DNA of 32,672 nucleotides. Origin: an uncultured Candidatus Peribacteria bacterium. GTDB taxonomy: Bacteria > Patescibacteriota > Gracilibacteria > Peribacterales > Peribacteraceae. Positions within the stretch are counted from its first letter, which is position 1, and every line of letters starts with the position of its first letter. Made by a program: the position numbers and the translations under genes. Positions 8,039-17,058 of the stretch are shown here, piece after piece. Under the pieces are notes generated by a model. It was given only the letters and a program-made list of their open reading frames with translations. It ran no database searches and was not told the DNA's origin. The stretch is taken from NCBI GenBank assembly GCA_964504485.1, contig CAZDEA010000005.1, positions 1-32,672 of the forward strand, read 5' to 3'.

Positions 8039-10015
8039 CTACTTCCTCAAATCGATCACGTGCAACCGTTCTCCGTCCAATACGTACAAGTGCGACTCAT
8101 CGGTATCTACGTACAAGTCCTGTGGCGTGCCGACTTGCTCACCCTCCAAAACGTACTGGCGAACATAGGAAATATCTCCATTGGGCGTATTGTCGGCGAT
8201 CACCACGACGCGCTTCTTTGCAGGATCCAAGAAGTACAAGTGACCGGCAGGAGCCTTTACGACACGCGTGGCACCTTTCAGCACATCTGTGGGTGCGCCG
8301 TGGACATCGAATGCCTGGGCTTCTCCGCGGAAGAGCTTTGTGACGAGACCTCCCTCGCGCAGCACGTACACCGCTCCGTCGATCGTCATATCGATGGCGT
8401 TCGTAAGATCGCCATTCACGTTGTATTGAACGGAAGGACCGTAGCGATTGCTCAAGCGCTCGTACTTATAAATCTTTCCGTCGTTACTCAGGATGTACAA
8501 GTACCGCAGATACGTCTCTAGATCCCGCCCTGCCGGCCAGCCAGCAGTGTCATCTGTCTTCATCACAGTCGACTGACCGCCTGCAAATTCGGTCAGACCA
8601 TTACCACTCGTAAGGAACACCGAGGACTTTAAACGATCAAACGATGCGCCGCGCAAAATGGAATCTCCTTCGGTAAGCGTACGACCTTCTTCGGAAGTAC
8701 TGAGCAACACCGCGTAGGTCTGCTGGCGGTCATACACCAAGAATTCGCCATCAGCGACACCTATCAGGCCCAGAGCCTCTATATCGGGATTCTTGGTAGC
8801 AAGGTTCACCACAAGGCGGGGCGACACGCGTACGACGTTCGTGATTTCCTCTTTCTTAGCGCGCACTTTATCGAGCAGGTTCAAGGCTTCGGAGCGGAAG
8901 AGCCCCGTATCGGAGCTCATCACTTGCTTAGCCTGGTCTTCGGCGCGCGCGAGGATGGCATTGGCAGCATCGAGATCGCCCAGCAAGCGCTTACTTTCTG
9001 CGGATTTCAAATTATCTTCCACCTGCTGCATGATTTCCTGCAGCTGTGCGCGCGACTTGCTCTGTTGCGAGAGGGAAGTGAACTGGAACAGGAGCCAAAG
9101 GATGACGAAGAGGGCGACAGCTCCTGCGAGAATGAGGAGATGTGCTCGCTTCTTACGCTCTGGATGACGAAGATCTGCGGCCAACGTTGTGAATCGCTTC
9201 TTCCATGAGCCCATCACACCGGCGCTTCCGCTTCCACTCTTCATAGCCTTGCGCAGCATGGGCATGGCGAGCGCACCGGCGGATTGCGCCATGCGTTTGC
9301 CTGTGGAGAGGATGGATGCAGCGGCAAACTTGGACTCGCCCCTGCGCGGGCGACGCGGGCTGCTTGTTTCGCTTTCTCCCTTGAGGACATCATGAAGCGG
9401 CTTGATGTTGGGCATGTGCATACAACCGATTGCTGCGATTTCGCGCTCGGCCTCCAATTGCGTTGCCAAGTCTTGCACCACCTGTGTGTACCGAGCGGCG
9501 CTCTGTGCCAACTGCACGGGGGTCACAATGCGCAACAAACGCTGGGTAGCCAGCACAATAGTGTCGCTGGGTTCCAGCTCTCCGCTGGCGATATGCACAA
9601 ACATGGGAACCGGCTTTCCCTTGGTAAATTCCGTTACCTGGCTGGCAGAACCATGGCGAACGAGATACGCCTCTCCACGTCCGGCATGCGACAAGTGGAT
9701 GGCATGTTCGCGATCCACAAAGGCAATGACGGCATGGATATCCGATACCGACCCCGACGCAAGGAATCCCTTAAAGAGTCCGTTGAGCTCTTTGAGTGCT
9801 CCGTCCAAACGGTGCCACGACTCTCCATCGCTTTCGAACAGCGCATGGCGCGTAATGGATTTACATTCTTCTTCGAGCACTTTTGCATCGCGTGGATGCG
9901 CATGAATTTGCAGAAGCAAACACAAGTGCTCTCCCTTGGAGCCTTCCATCACAATAGGAGCCAAACTAATGGCCGCATTGCTCTTGGTCGCGCCTGTTGC
10001 AACGATCAGTTCCAT
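8039..10015 (-). CDS. membrane protein: N-terminal PP2C/SpoIIE-like (probably non-catalytic) domain, one TM helix, coiled coil, C-terminal beta-rich domain
   Basis: ATG is at 10015; the track start at 10018 is TTG. The pattern AVIAFVDREHAIHLSHAGRGEAYLVRHG ... SDTIVLATQRLL resembles the PPM fold without the Asp motifs. The TM helix is AHLLILAGAVALFVILWLLFQF. The C-terminal ~330 aa are rich in short beta-like segments. Confidence 0.7.
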   Translation of the reverse strand: MELIVATGATKSNAAISLAPIVMEGSKGEHLCLLLQIHAHPRDAKVLEEECKSITRHALFESDGESWHRLDGALKELNGLFKGFLASGSVSDIHAVIAFVDREHAIHLSHAGRGEAYLVRHGSASQVTEFTKGKPVPMFVHIASGELEPSDTIVLATQRLLRIVTPVQLAQSAARYTQVVQDLATQLEAEREIAAIGCMHMPNIKPLHDVLKGESETSSPRRPRRGESKFAAASILSTGKRMAQSAGALAMPMLRKAMKSGSGSAGVMGSWKKRFTTLAADLRHPERKKRAHLLILAGAVALFVILWLLFQFTSLSQQSKSRAQLQEIMQQVEDNLKSAESKRLLGDLDAANAILARAEDQAKQVMSSDTGLFRSEALNLLDKVRAKKEEITNVVRVSPRLVVNLATKNPDIEALGLIGVADGEFLVYDRQQTYAVLLSTSEEGRTLTEGDSILRGASFDRLKSSVFLTSGNGLTEFAGGQSTVMKTDDTAGWPAGRDLETYLRYLYILSNDGKIYKYERLSNRYGPSVQYNVNGDLTNAIDMTIDGAVYVLREGGLVTKLFRGEAQAFDVHGAPTDVLKGATRVVKAPAGHLYFLDPAKKRVVVIADNTPNGDISYVRQYVLEGEQVGTPQDLYVDTDESHLYVLDGERLHVIDLRK

Positions 10016-10287
10016 CAAGATGAAAGGCTACCGACCCTTCGGAAAAGTGCAAAGTGTAAAGTGACAGGTTCCTTGCAAAAAAGAAGTGTCGCTTTTCGGT
10101 CAAAGCATCTGACTTTTACGCGATACCGCACACGTGTTTTTGCGTGATAATAAAAAAATGCAAAAAATCCAAGTAAAAATTCGTTTATCAGAAGCCAAAA
10201 AGTCAGTATGTCATCATTGCTTACATTGCTTTGCGAGCCAAACAGGTATACACTGACAGCACGTTCGTATTATTTCCAATAACAGAC

Positions 10288-12159
10288 ATGTTCGAACCAA
10301 CGAATACTCCTCAGGAGACGCCTTCGTCTCCTGGTCCTTCCATGCAACCGACAAAATCGGTGTACCGCTACGAACCTCGTGGCAATGCACAGGGGAAGGG
10401 AAACCAAGGCCGCAACAATAACAACCGCCAGCAGCGCCCGCCCCAACAGGGCCCGCAACCGGTGGTCCAGCGTCCGGACCAGAACAAAAGCCGCCAAAAT
10501 CTGCGCATGTATCCCCTTGGGGGATTCGAGCAGGTCGGCCGCAACTGCTTCGTCGTCGAAGTCGACGATGATATTTACATCATCGACCTGGGATTGCAGT
10601 TCCCGGATGAAGACATGATGGGCATCGATTATTTGATCCCCGATATGTCCAGCCTGAAGGGACGCGAGAACAAGATCAAAGCAGTGCTCTTCACACACGG
10701 TCACTTGGACCATATTGGTGCGGTGCAGCACTTACTGCCGCAGTTGCACTTCCCACATTGCTACGGAACCAAGCTCACCATGGCTTTTGTAAAAAAGCGT
10801 TTGGATGAAGAAAAATTGACCACAAAGTCGAATCTTCACACTGTGAACTTCCGCGAAAAAATCCGCATCGGCAAAGTCGAAGTGGAATTCCTCCGCGTGA
10901 CGCACTCCATTCCTGACTCGGCTGCAGTTGTCCTGCACACGCCCTACGGAAAAATCGTGCACACAGGAGACTTCAAGTTCGACCTCACTCCTATGAATGA
11001 GCCTCCGGCCGATTTTCATCGCCTGGCTCAGCTGGGGGATGAAGGAGTGCTCGCGATCATCGCCGACTCTACGAATGCTCAGAAACCTGGGAACAGTAAG
11101 AGTGAGCGCGAGATCAGCGAGACCTTGCACGGACTCATCCGCGATGCGAAAGGCCGCGTGATCATCTCGACCTTCAGTTCGTTGCTCAACCGCATTGCGC
11201 AGGTTGCCGAGCACGCGAAGACCTACAACAGAAAAGTCTTCCTCTCCGGCAGAAGCATGGAGCAGAACGTCGAAATTGCGCAGAACCTGGGATACTTAAA
11301 AGTTCCTCGCGGCATGATGCGCAAAGTCAGCCCTGCCATGGATAAGCTCCCCGATAACGAGGTGCTGATTCTCACGACAGGAAGCCAAGGTGAAGAGATG
11401 GCCGGCCTTGCCCGTATGGGCTTGGGCGTCCACCGTCATATCACCATTAAAAAGGGTGATACGGTCATTCTGAGCTCTAACCCGATTCTCGGTAACGAGA
11501 GGGCTGTGGCAAAAGTGATCAATAACATCAACGTCCTCGGAGGCATTGTGAAAACCAACCAAGAGTTGGCATTGCACACGACGGGTCACGGATACCAGAA
11601 CGATATTCTTCTGATGCACCGTCTCGTTCGCGCCAAGCACATCATCCCCGAACATGGTGAGCCGCACATGCGCACAGCGCACGCGGACCTCGCCAGGTCT
11701 CTGGGCTACCCCGAGAACCAAACGCACCTGATCATCAACGGAGAAATTTTGGAATTTGATCGCCAAGGTGCCGCTCGTAAGAGCAAGAGCAAGATCTCTG
11801 TAAAAGACGTGATCATCGACGGACTTGGATCTGCAGGCGAAGGTGCCCGCGTGATTGAAGACCGCAAGATCATGAGCAGCAACGGAATGATCATGGTGCT
11901 CATCCGCGCGTACAGCGAAAGCAAACGCCTCGTCGGCGACCCCGATATTATTTCCCGCGGTCTCATCTATGGCTCTGAACAGCAAGAGATCACGCGCGAA
12001 GTTATCGAAGTTGCCCGCAAGGCCTACGAAGAAGAATTGAACCGCGGCGAGAAGGACCGTAAGGCCTTCAAACGCGCAGTATCAGGCGCTTTGTACCGCT
12101 ATTTCGACCGCAAGCTCGACCGCGAACCTATGGTCGTACCTCTCATTGTGGAGGTGTAA
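10288..12159 (+). CDS. rnj: ribonuclease J with a low-complexity N-terminal extension
   Basis: MYPLGGFEQVGRNCFVVEV..., the HxHxDH motif (FTHGHLDHIGA), and beta-CASP and C-terminal regions are colinear with RNase J. I prefer ATG 10288; the track start at 10231 is TTG. Confidence 0.92.
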   Translation: MFEPTNTPQETPSSPGPSMQPTKSVYRYEPRGNAQGKGNQGRNNNNRQQRPPQQGPQPVVQRPDQNKSRQNLRMYPLGGFEQVGRNCFVVEVDDDIYIIDLGLQFPDEDMMGIDYLIPDMSSLKGRENKIKAVLFTHGHLDHIGAVQHLLPQLHFPHCYGTKLTMAFVKKRLDEEKLTTKSNLHTVNFREKIRIGKVEVEFLRVTHSIPDSAAVVLHTPYGKIVHTGDFKFDLTPMNEPPADFHRLAQLGDEGVLAIIADSTNAQKPGNSKSEREISETLHGLIRDAKGRVIISTFSSLLNRIAQVAEHAKTYNRKVFLSGRSMEQNVEIAQNLGYLKVPRGMMRKVSPAMDKLPDNEVLILTTGSQGEEMAGLARMGLGVHRHITIKKGDTVILSSNPILGNERAVAKVINNINVLGGIVKTNQELALHTTGHGYQNDILLMHRLVRAKHIIPEHGEPHMRTAHADLARSLGYPENQTHLIINGEILEFDRQGAARKSKSKISVKDVIIDGLGSAGEGARVIEDRKIMSSNGMIMVLIRAYSESKRLVGDPDIISRGLIYGSEQQEITREVIEVARKAYEEELNRGEKDRKAFKRAVSGALYRYFDRKLDREPMVVPLIVEV

Positions 12160-12173
12160 ACAAGAATTTTACT

Positions 12174-12197
12174 AGCGACGAGCACGTGCTCGTCGCT
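12174..12197 (+). terminator. perfect 24-nt palindrome just after rnj (hairpin without a U tract)
   Basis: AGCGACGAGCAC/GTGCTCGTCGCT. No T run follows, so termination efficiency is uncertain. Confidence 0.45.
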
Positions 12198-12232
12198 CAT
12201 GATTCACAACATCGGCACCCACTCCCGTACCA

Positions 12233-12364
12233 GGGAGTACGAATGACATCGGACAAGACGCATGGTATCTGCAGCGCTCACGATTCCCTCAGATAATAAC
12301 GGGACGTACCTGCATCCACGCATTGAAAGCTGAACTGACAGAGATGCCTCTCATTCGTACCCCC
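12233..12364. repeat. 14-nt inverted repeat pair enclosing ~104 nt (candidate structured RNA or MITE-like relic)
   Basis: GGGAGTACGAATGA (12233-12246) pairs with TCATTCGTACCCCC (12351-12364) at 13 of 14 positions. The helix extends through CATC (12247-12250) / GATG (12343-12346). A T7 run lies at 12374-12380. Confidence 0.4.
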
Positions 12365-12378
12365 TGAGACGGGTTTTT

Positions 12379-12705
12379 TTATTTCTTCATCTGCTGCTTA
12401 ATGCGGTTGGCCCATTCCTTTCCTGGATCACCACCCCAAAGCAGCCAGGCGATGAGTCCGTTACTGGGCTTGGTGGGATGATTGTAATTCCGCCCGCGTT
12501 TATCCACTTCGTGACGCGCGAAAAAACTCACCATGCGGAGGATCGTCCGAGGTGATGCCTTGCGGCGATTTTTGAGATCGCGTGCACGAGCAACACCAAT
12601 GTGCGTACCGCCACGACCAAACTCACGGCGCAGGCGCAGACCTTCCTCGGCGTACTGAGCAACGATCTCTGGTGGCGTGAAATCGATGTGTGCGTACTTC
12701 TTCAT
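12379..12705 (-). CDS. small basic protein of unknown function, tightly linked downstream of pyrC
   Basis: 108-aa ORF, 9 nt after the pyrC stop. The conserved-looking core is GLRLRREFGRGGTHIGVARARDL...RMVSFFARHEVDK...GLIAWLLWGGDPG. Confidence 0.75.
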   Translation of the reverse strand: MKKYAHIDFTPPEIVAQYAEEGLRLRREFGRGGTHIGVARARDLKNRRKASPRTILRMVSFFARHEVDKRGRNYNHPTKPSNGLIAWLLWGGDPGKEWANRIKQQMKK

Positions 12706-12714
12706 GTGGATAAT

Positions 12715-13881
12715 TTACAGAATCTTTCCCTTCACCGTCCATCCTTCGTACGGCGTCCATCCGCATTTGGAATGCAGATCCTTGGCATGGATGACCCATT
12801 CCGCATCCACATCAATCTTGATCTGATCCATTTCTGGGTCTTTCCCTAGCTTGAAAATGCGATTGGGATTCGTGAAACATAACCGAACAATGTCCTCAAC
12901 TGTGAACTGTGAGTTATGAACTGTGAGCTCACTATGTGGATGTGGCCAGTGACCAGCAGCAACACTCAAGAGGAGAGGAAGCATGGTCTCGACTCCCGGC
13001 ACACCACTGGGAGCAGCGAGAGGATTGTCTGCATTTTTTTCTTCCAGCGTGTGTGGAGCGTGATCGGTGGAAATACAATCGACTGTTCCATCGGCGATGC
13101 CCTCCCAAAGCGCTTGCTGATCCTCGTGCGATCGGAGCGGGGGATTCATTTTGCCAAACGTCCCCAGCGACAAGTAGTCATCGGTCGTCAGGAACAAGTG
13201 ATGCGGCGCGACCTCGCACGTAATAGGCAGGTTTTTGCGCTTGGCGCTGCGCACAACCTCCAGTCCCTTTGCGGTAGAAAGATGTGCCACGTGGAATGGC
13301 GCGTTGTACTTTTTCATCAGCTCCACCACGTGTTCAATGGCGCGTTCTTCGGATACGGCTGGTCGATTCTTGGAGTGGAAAGCAATCTCGCGTTCGTCTG
13401 CATGCTGGGCACTGTGCTTCGCGTTGATCTCTGCATCTTCGCAATGACCCACAAGAGGGAAGTGATACTTGGTGCAAAGTTGGAATGCTTCTTCGATGAC
13501 CTCTGCAGAAGCTTTTTGATTCCCTGTGGAGTGATCGAAATACAATTTGAGTCCGCAACATCGTGCGCGGAGTCGCTGTACTTCCTCCGAGGATCCCATG
13601 AGCAATTCATGCAGCGCGAGAACATGCGCCATTTCTGTCGCGCCAAAGAAAAAGCGAATATCCACATTCTTGATCTCGGCTGCGCGGCGGACTTTATCGG
13701 CCAACGCTGCGACCGTGACGGTAGGCGGAATCGTATTGGGCATTTCGCACACCGTGTGTACTCCTCCGGCAAATGCGGCTGCGGATTCCGTCGCCATATC
13801 GGCCTTGTGCGTGAGCCCGGGTTCACGAAAATGCACGTGGCAGTCGATGAGAGCCGGTAAAGTGACTGTGCGCTGTCCCAT
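12715..13881 (-). CDS. pyrC: dihydroorotase
   Basis: LIDCHVHFREPG metal-binding HxH motif. The 388-aa amidohydrolase is colinear with PyrC (…VAHLSTA…, …DHAPH…). Confidence 0.92.
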   Translation of the reverse strand: MGQRTVTLPALIDCHVHFREPGLTHKADMATESAAAFAGGVHTVCEMPNTIPPTVTVAALADKVRRAAEIKNVDIRFFFGATEMAHVLALHELLMGSSEEVQRLRARCCGLKLYFDHSTGNQKASAEVIEEAFQLCTKYHFPLVGHCEDAEINAKHSAQHADEREIAFHSKNRPAVSEERAIEHVVELMKKYNAPFHVAHLSTAKGLEVVRSAKRKNLPITCEVAPHHLFLTTDDYLSLGTFGKMNPPLRSHEDQQALWEGIADGTVDCISTDHAPHTLEEKNADNPLAAPSGVPGVETMLPLLLSVAAGHWPHPHSELTVHNSQFTVEDIVRLCFTNPNRIFKLGKDPEMDQIKIDVDAEWVIHAKDLHSKCGWTPYEGWTVKGKIL

Positions 13882-13918
13882 GGATGACGAGTATACGCCC
13901 CAGGGGTAGGATGCAATT

Positions 13919-14518
13919 ATGAATAATCGCTTCTCCTTCCAAGGGCCGGAAAAGAAGCCTCAATTGATTGTTTTGCCAATGGGCATTCGACCAAAGAACT
14001 GGAAGAACTTTCCTGATGTTCGCGAGGGGTACGTTGATGTGTCCCACGTCGAAGGCATTATTTCTCTTAGCGCTGCAATTTCTCGTGAGCGCATATTTGA
14101 AACACTCTGCCGAATGATCGATCAATTTTCGGGAGAAGAATGCGGCCTCAATATGTCTCTGCACAATCAAAGCAATCTTTGGGATGTGTACGAAAGCGAT
14201 TTGATGGAGAAAACCGTGCTACTGAGCAAGTTACAGGAGCATGAGGACCTCCTTGTAGATGAGGGTGGAGTGACCATTGGCGTAGTCGACAATCAATCAG
14301 TGATTGAAGTAGGACCAGTGAAATTACTGACGGTGTACAAAGACGAAGGAAATCTGCAAAAGGAAAAAATGTTTTTGGAGGAACAGGGCATCCCTGCACA
14401 TCGGGCCAAATGGCTCGACCAGTTTTCAGAAATGGATGTGTACTCCACGCATCACTTTCGCAAAAGAATAGAGATTCTGATGACAGCGTTTTCGCTTGAA
14501 GAAGTGCCTATGTATTAA
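13919..14518 (+). CDS. hypothetical protein encoded opposite to and between pyrC and pyrB
   Basis: 199-aa ORF fills the whole pyrB-pyrC gap. ATG 13919 has AGGA 7 nt upstream. The gene is AT-richer than its neighbours, and its 3' end overlaps the pyrB stop region by 11 nt. Confidence 0.65.
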   Translation: MNNRFSFQGPEKKPQLIVLPMGIRPKNWKNFPDVREGYVDVSHVEGIISLSAAISRERIFETLCRMIDQFSGEECGLNMSLHNQSNLWDVYESDLMEKTVLLSKLQEHEDLLVDEGGVTIGVVDNQSVIEVGPVKLLTVYKDEGNLQKEKMFLEEQGIPAHRAKWLDQFSEMDVYSTHHFRKRIEILMTAFSLEEVPMY

Positions 14519-15422
14519 GCATCATCGACAGCAATGCCATACGCACGGGTACGCCGTTCTTGGCTTGCCTGAAGTACGCAGCATTGGGCAGCACATCGAC
14601 ATCTGTGGCGATTTCGCCGACTCTGGGCAGGGGATGCATGATGATGGCTTTGCTGGTTTGGACATCGGCCCCTTTGAGGACGTAACTATCTTTGAGGCGC
14701 TCGTATTCGGAGTGATCGGTAAAACGTTCCTGCTGGATGCGCGTCATATAGAGCACGTCGCACGCGAGAGCTTTTTTAATGTCCCTGGTTTCTTCGTACG
14801 GAATATTTTTTTCCTTGAGGAAGCTCGTGACTTTTTCTGGCATCACCAATTCCTCGGGCGACACGAATGTGAAGGAAAGATTGTTGTAGAGGCCCAAGAG
14901 GAAGCAGAGGGAATGCACGGTGCGTCCAAAGCGCAGATCGCCAACCATCGCAATGTGCAGACCGTCGACTTTTCCGCACTCTGTATTGATGGTGTAGAGG
15001 TCGAGCAGTGCCTGTGTAGGGTGCTGACCGGGACCGTCACCGGCATTGATGAAGGGCACTTTGCTTACGGCAGCAGCCTGATCGGCGGAACCCTGGAGTG
15101 GATGACGCATGGCAATGACGTCGGCGTACTGGCTGATCATCATCATGGTGTCTTCGATGGTCTCGCCTTTATAGAGCGAGCTGAATTGCAGACCTTCGGC
15201 ACTGATCACTTTGCCGCCCAAGCGATGCATGGCTGTTTCGAAGCTGAGGCGCGTGCGGGTGGAAGGCTCGTAAAAAAGGCTCGCGAGGATTTTACCGTGA
15301 AGTTCGTCGCTACCACCCTTCTCTATAACCTTCTCCATTTGGGCTGCTTTCTTCAAAATAGCATCCGTATCGGCCCTCGAGAGCTGTTTTGTAGAGGTGA
15401 GGTGACGGAAGCTAAGACTCAT
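14508..15422 (-). CDS. pyrB: aspartate carbamoyltransferase catalytic subunit
   Basis: STRTR, HPTQALLD and HPLPR motifs. ATG is at 15422 (MSLSFRHL...); the track start at 15431 is TTG. Confidence 0.93.
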   Translation of the reverse strand: MSLSFRHLTSTKQLSRADTDAILKKAAQMEKVIEKGGSDELHGKILASLFYEPSTRTRLSFETAMHRLGGKVISAEGLQFSSLYKGETIEDTMMMISQYADVIAMRHPLQGSADQAAAVSKVPFINAGDGPGQHPTQALLDLYTINTECGKVDGLHIAMVGDLRFGRTVHSLCFLLGLYNNLSFTFVSPEELVMPEKVTSFLKEKNIPYEETRDIKKALACDVLYMTRIQQERFTDHSEYERLKDSYVLKGADVQTSKAIIMHPLPRVGEIATDVDVLPNAAYFRQAKNGVPVRMALLSMMLNT

Positions 15423-15489
15423 CGCAGGCAACCTACCGATGGAAGGTATTCATGTCCAGATTAGTTCGCAGAAGAGGTACGATATCCAC

Positions 15490-16959
15490 ATGTCACAAAC
15501 CCGCGCCATCGCCTCATCCACCCTGTGGCAATTGGGCAGCCAGATCGTCATGGCCATGCTCTCGATCATCACAACGAAGTTCGTGGCGGTGGGCTTAAGC
15601 CAAGAATTAGCCGGGCACTACAACACGGCATACGGGTACCTCCAATTATTTGGGATCCTTGCAGATTTTGGTTTGTACGCAGTTGCCGTTCGCGAAGTCA
15701 GTCGTGCGCAGGGGAAGGAGAGGGAGAAGGTACTCGGTGCGCTGTTGATATTGCGCAGCATCATTTTGGCGCTGTCGCTTGGAACCGCAATCACGTTCGT
15801 GTGGCTCTACCCACATTGGAACGGCACGCCACTTCCTCTGAGCGTGACCATTGCCGCAACTGTTCCGCTGTTCACACTGCTCGCCGGTGTGATCCGCACG
15901 GCATTCCAGGTGCACTACCGCATGCACTTTGTGTTTATCGCCGAGGTCACACAGCGCGTGATCACCACTGCGGGTATTGGCGCGTTTGTGGTGTGGGGAG
16001 TGCGAGGAACATCGTCGCCAGAAGTCTTGTACGCATTTTTGGGAATTGGCGGGATTGGCGCCCTGGTGCTGTTTTTGCTGTCGGTTTCGGCAGGAGCAAA
16101 AGTGATGCGCATTCGCCCCAACTTCGATGGTGCACTCCTGTGGCACCTGCTGAAGCAATGCGCGCCGTACGGAATTGCGTACGCCTGCACTGCTCTCTAC
16201 CGACAATTTGATGTGACGCTGATTGCGATGCTGCGTCCGCAAGATTTCGAAATTCAAAATGCGTACTACGGATTCGTACAACGCATGATGGACATGGCAT
16301 ATTTGCTCCCGACATTTTTGATGAACTCTGCGCTGCCGATGCTTTCGGAAAACATCGCGAAGAAAAATGACACGCGAGAATTCCTTGGGAAAATTCTTCT
16401 CGCGATTTTGCTGCTCTCCACGGTCTCGTTCTTGTTTGCGTTCTTCTGGTCACGCCCACTCATGCAATTGCTCACGACAGAGCAATACTTAAGCCGCTCG
16501 GGCATGCCAGGTTCAGACACGGCACTGGGTATTTTGGCCTATTCCATGGGCTTGAATGGCCTGATCGTCTTTGCGTTCTATGCACTCTTGGCCGTGCATC
16601 GCTGGAGGCCATTGGTCCTGAGTTTGCTCGTTGCAGTGGGAATCGCCATGGGTCTGAATATCGTGCTGATTCCTGTACTGGGATTTGTCGGCGCATCTAT
16701 CACTTCTGTATTTGTGCATGCATTCTTGGCGCTGACACTCTTCCTCCAAAGTCAGCGCGCACTCCCGGCAAAAATTTCTACGGATCTGCTTTTGCGATGG
16801 CTCGGCTTCGCCGCTGTCTTGGGAATCACGCTCTGGTTCTTGGCGCCGTTCCTCACAAGCTCCATTCTCACGGCGTTGGGCCTGGCTGTGATGACGGTGT
16901 GGATGCTCGTTTTGGTAAAGCTGACACAGCTGCACACGCTGTTTTTGCGCTCCTCATAG
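15490..16959 (+). CDS. MOP-superfamily flippase (Wzx/MurJ-like polysaccharide or lipid-linked oligosaccharide transporter)
   Basis: About 12-14 predicted TM helices. The N-terminus SSTLWQLGSQIVMAMLSIITTKFVAVGLSQELAGHYNTAYGY is typical of polysaccharide-biosynthesis flippases. ATG at 15490. Confidence 0.8.
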   Translation: MSQTRAIASSTLWQLGSQIVMAMLSIITTKFVAVGLSQELAGHYNTAYGYLQLFGILADFGLYAVAVREVSRAQGKEREKVLGALLILRSIILALSLGTAITFVWLYPHWNGTPLPLSVTIAATVPLFTLLAGVIRTAFQVHYRMHFVFIAEVTQRVITTAGIGAFVVWGVRGTSSPEVLYAFLGIGGIGALVLFLLSVSAGAKVMRIRPNFDGALLWHLLKQCAPYGIAYACTALYRQFDVTLIAMLRPQDFEIQNAYYGFVQRMMDMAYLLPTFLMNSALPMLSENIAKKNDTREFLGKILLAILLLSTVSFLFAFFWSRPLMQLLTTEQYLSRSGMPGSDTALGILAYSMGLNGLIVFAFYALLAVHRWRPLVLSLLVAVGIAMGLNIVLIPVLGFVGASITSVFVHAFLALTLFLQSQRALPAKISTDLLLRWLGFAAVLGITLWFLAPFLTSSILTALGLAVMTVWMLVLVKLTQLHTLFLRSS

Positions 16960-17003
16960 AGGAAACCAGGCCTAGGGGAGTGCTTCTCTTGGGAGGCTTT
17001 TTC

Positions 17004-17012
17004 TGCTATAAT
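17004..17012 (+). promoter_or_regulatory. extended -10 promoter element TGCTATAAT
   Basis: Perfect TGnTATAAT, 46 nt upstream of ATG 17059. Confidence 0.55.
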
Positions 17013-17058
17013 GGGGAGAAGTGTCCGAATCAGATTTTCGACCAATATCCACATACAC

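Noticed and set aside
12198-12378. Assignment of the structured region after rnj to a known RNA family (SRP/4.5S, 6S or tmRNA).
   Set aside because: I could not find the SRP domain IV motif (GGAA tetraloop with AGCA-type loops), tmRNA tRNA-like ends or any other diagnostic sequence on either strand. It is left as an unassigned candidate.
12706-12714. A second perfect DnaA box (TGTGGATAA) between pyrC and the small basic ORF.
   Set aside because: It is a single isolated 9-mer overlapping a start codon, with no neighbouring boxes or AT-rich element. One chance occurrence in about 65 kb of two-strand sequence is plausible.
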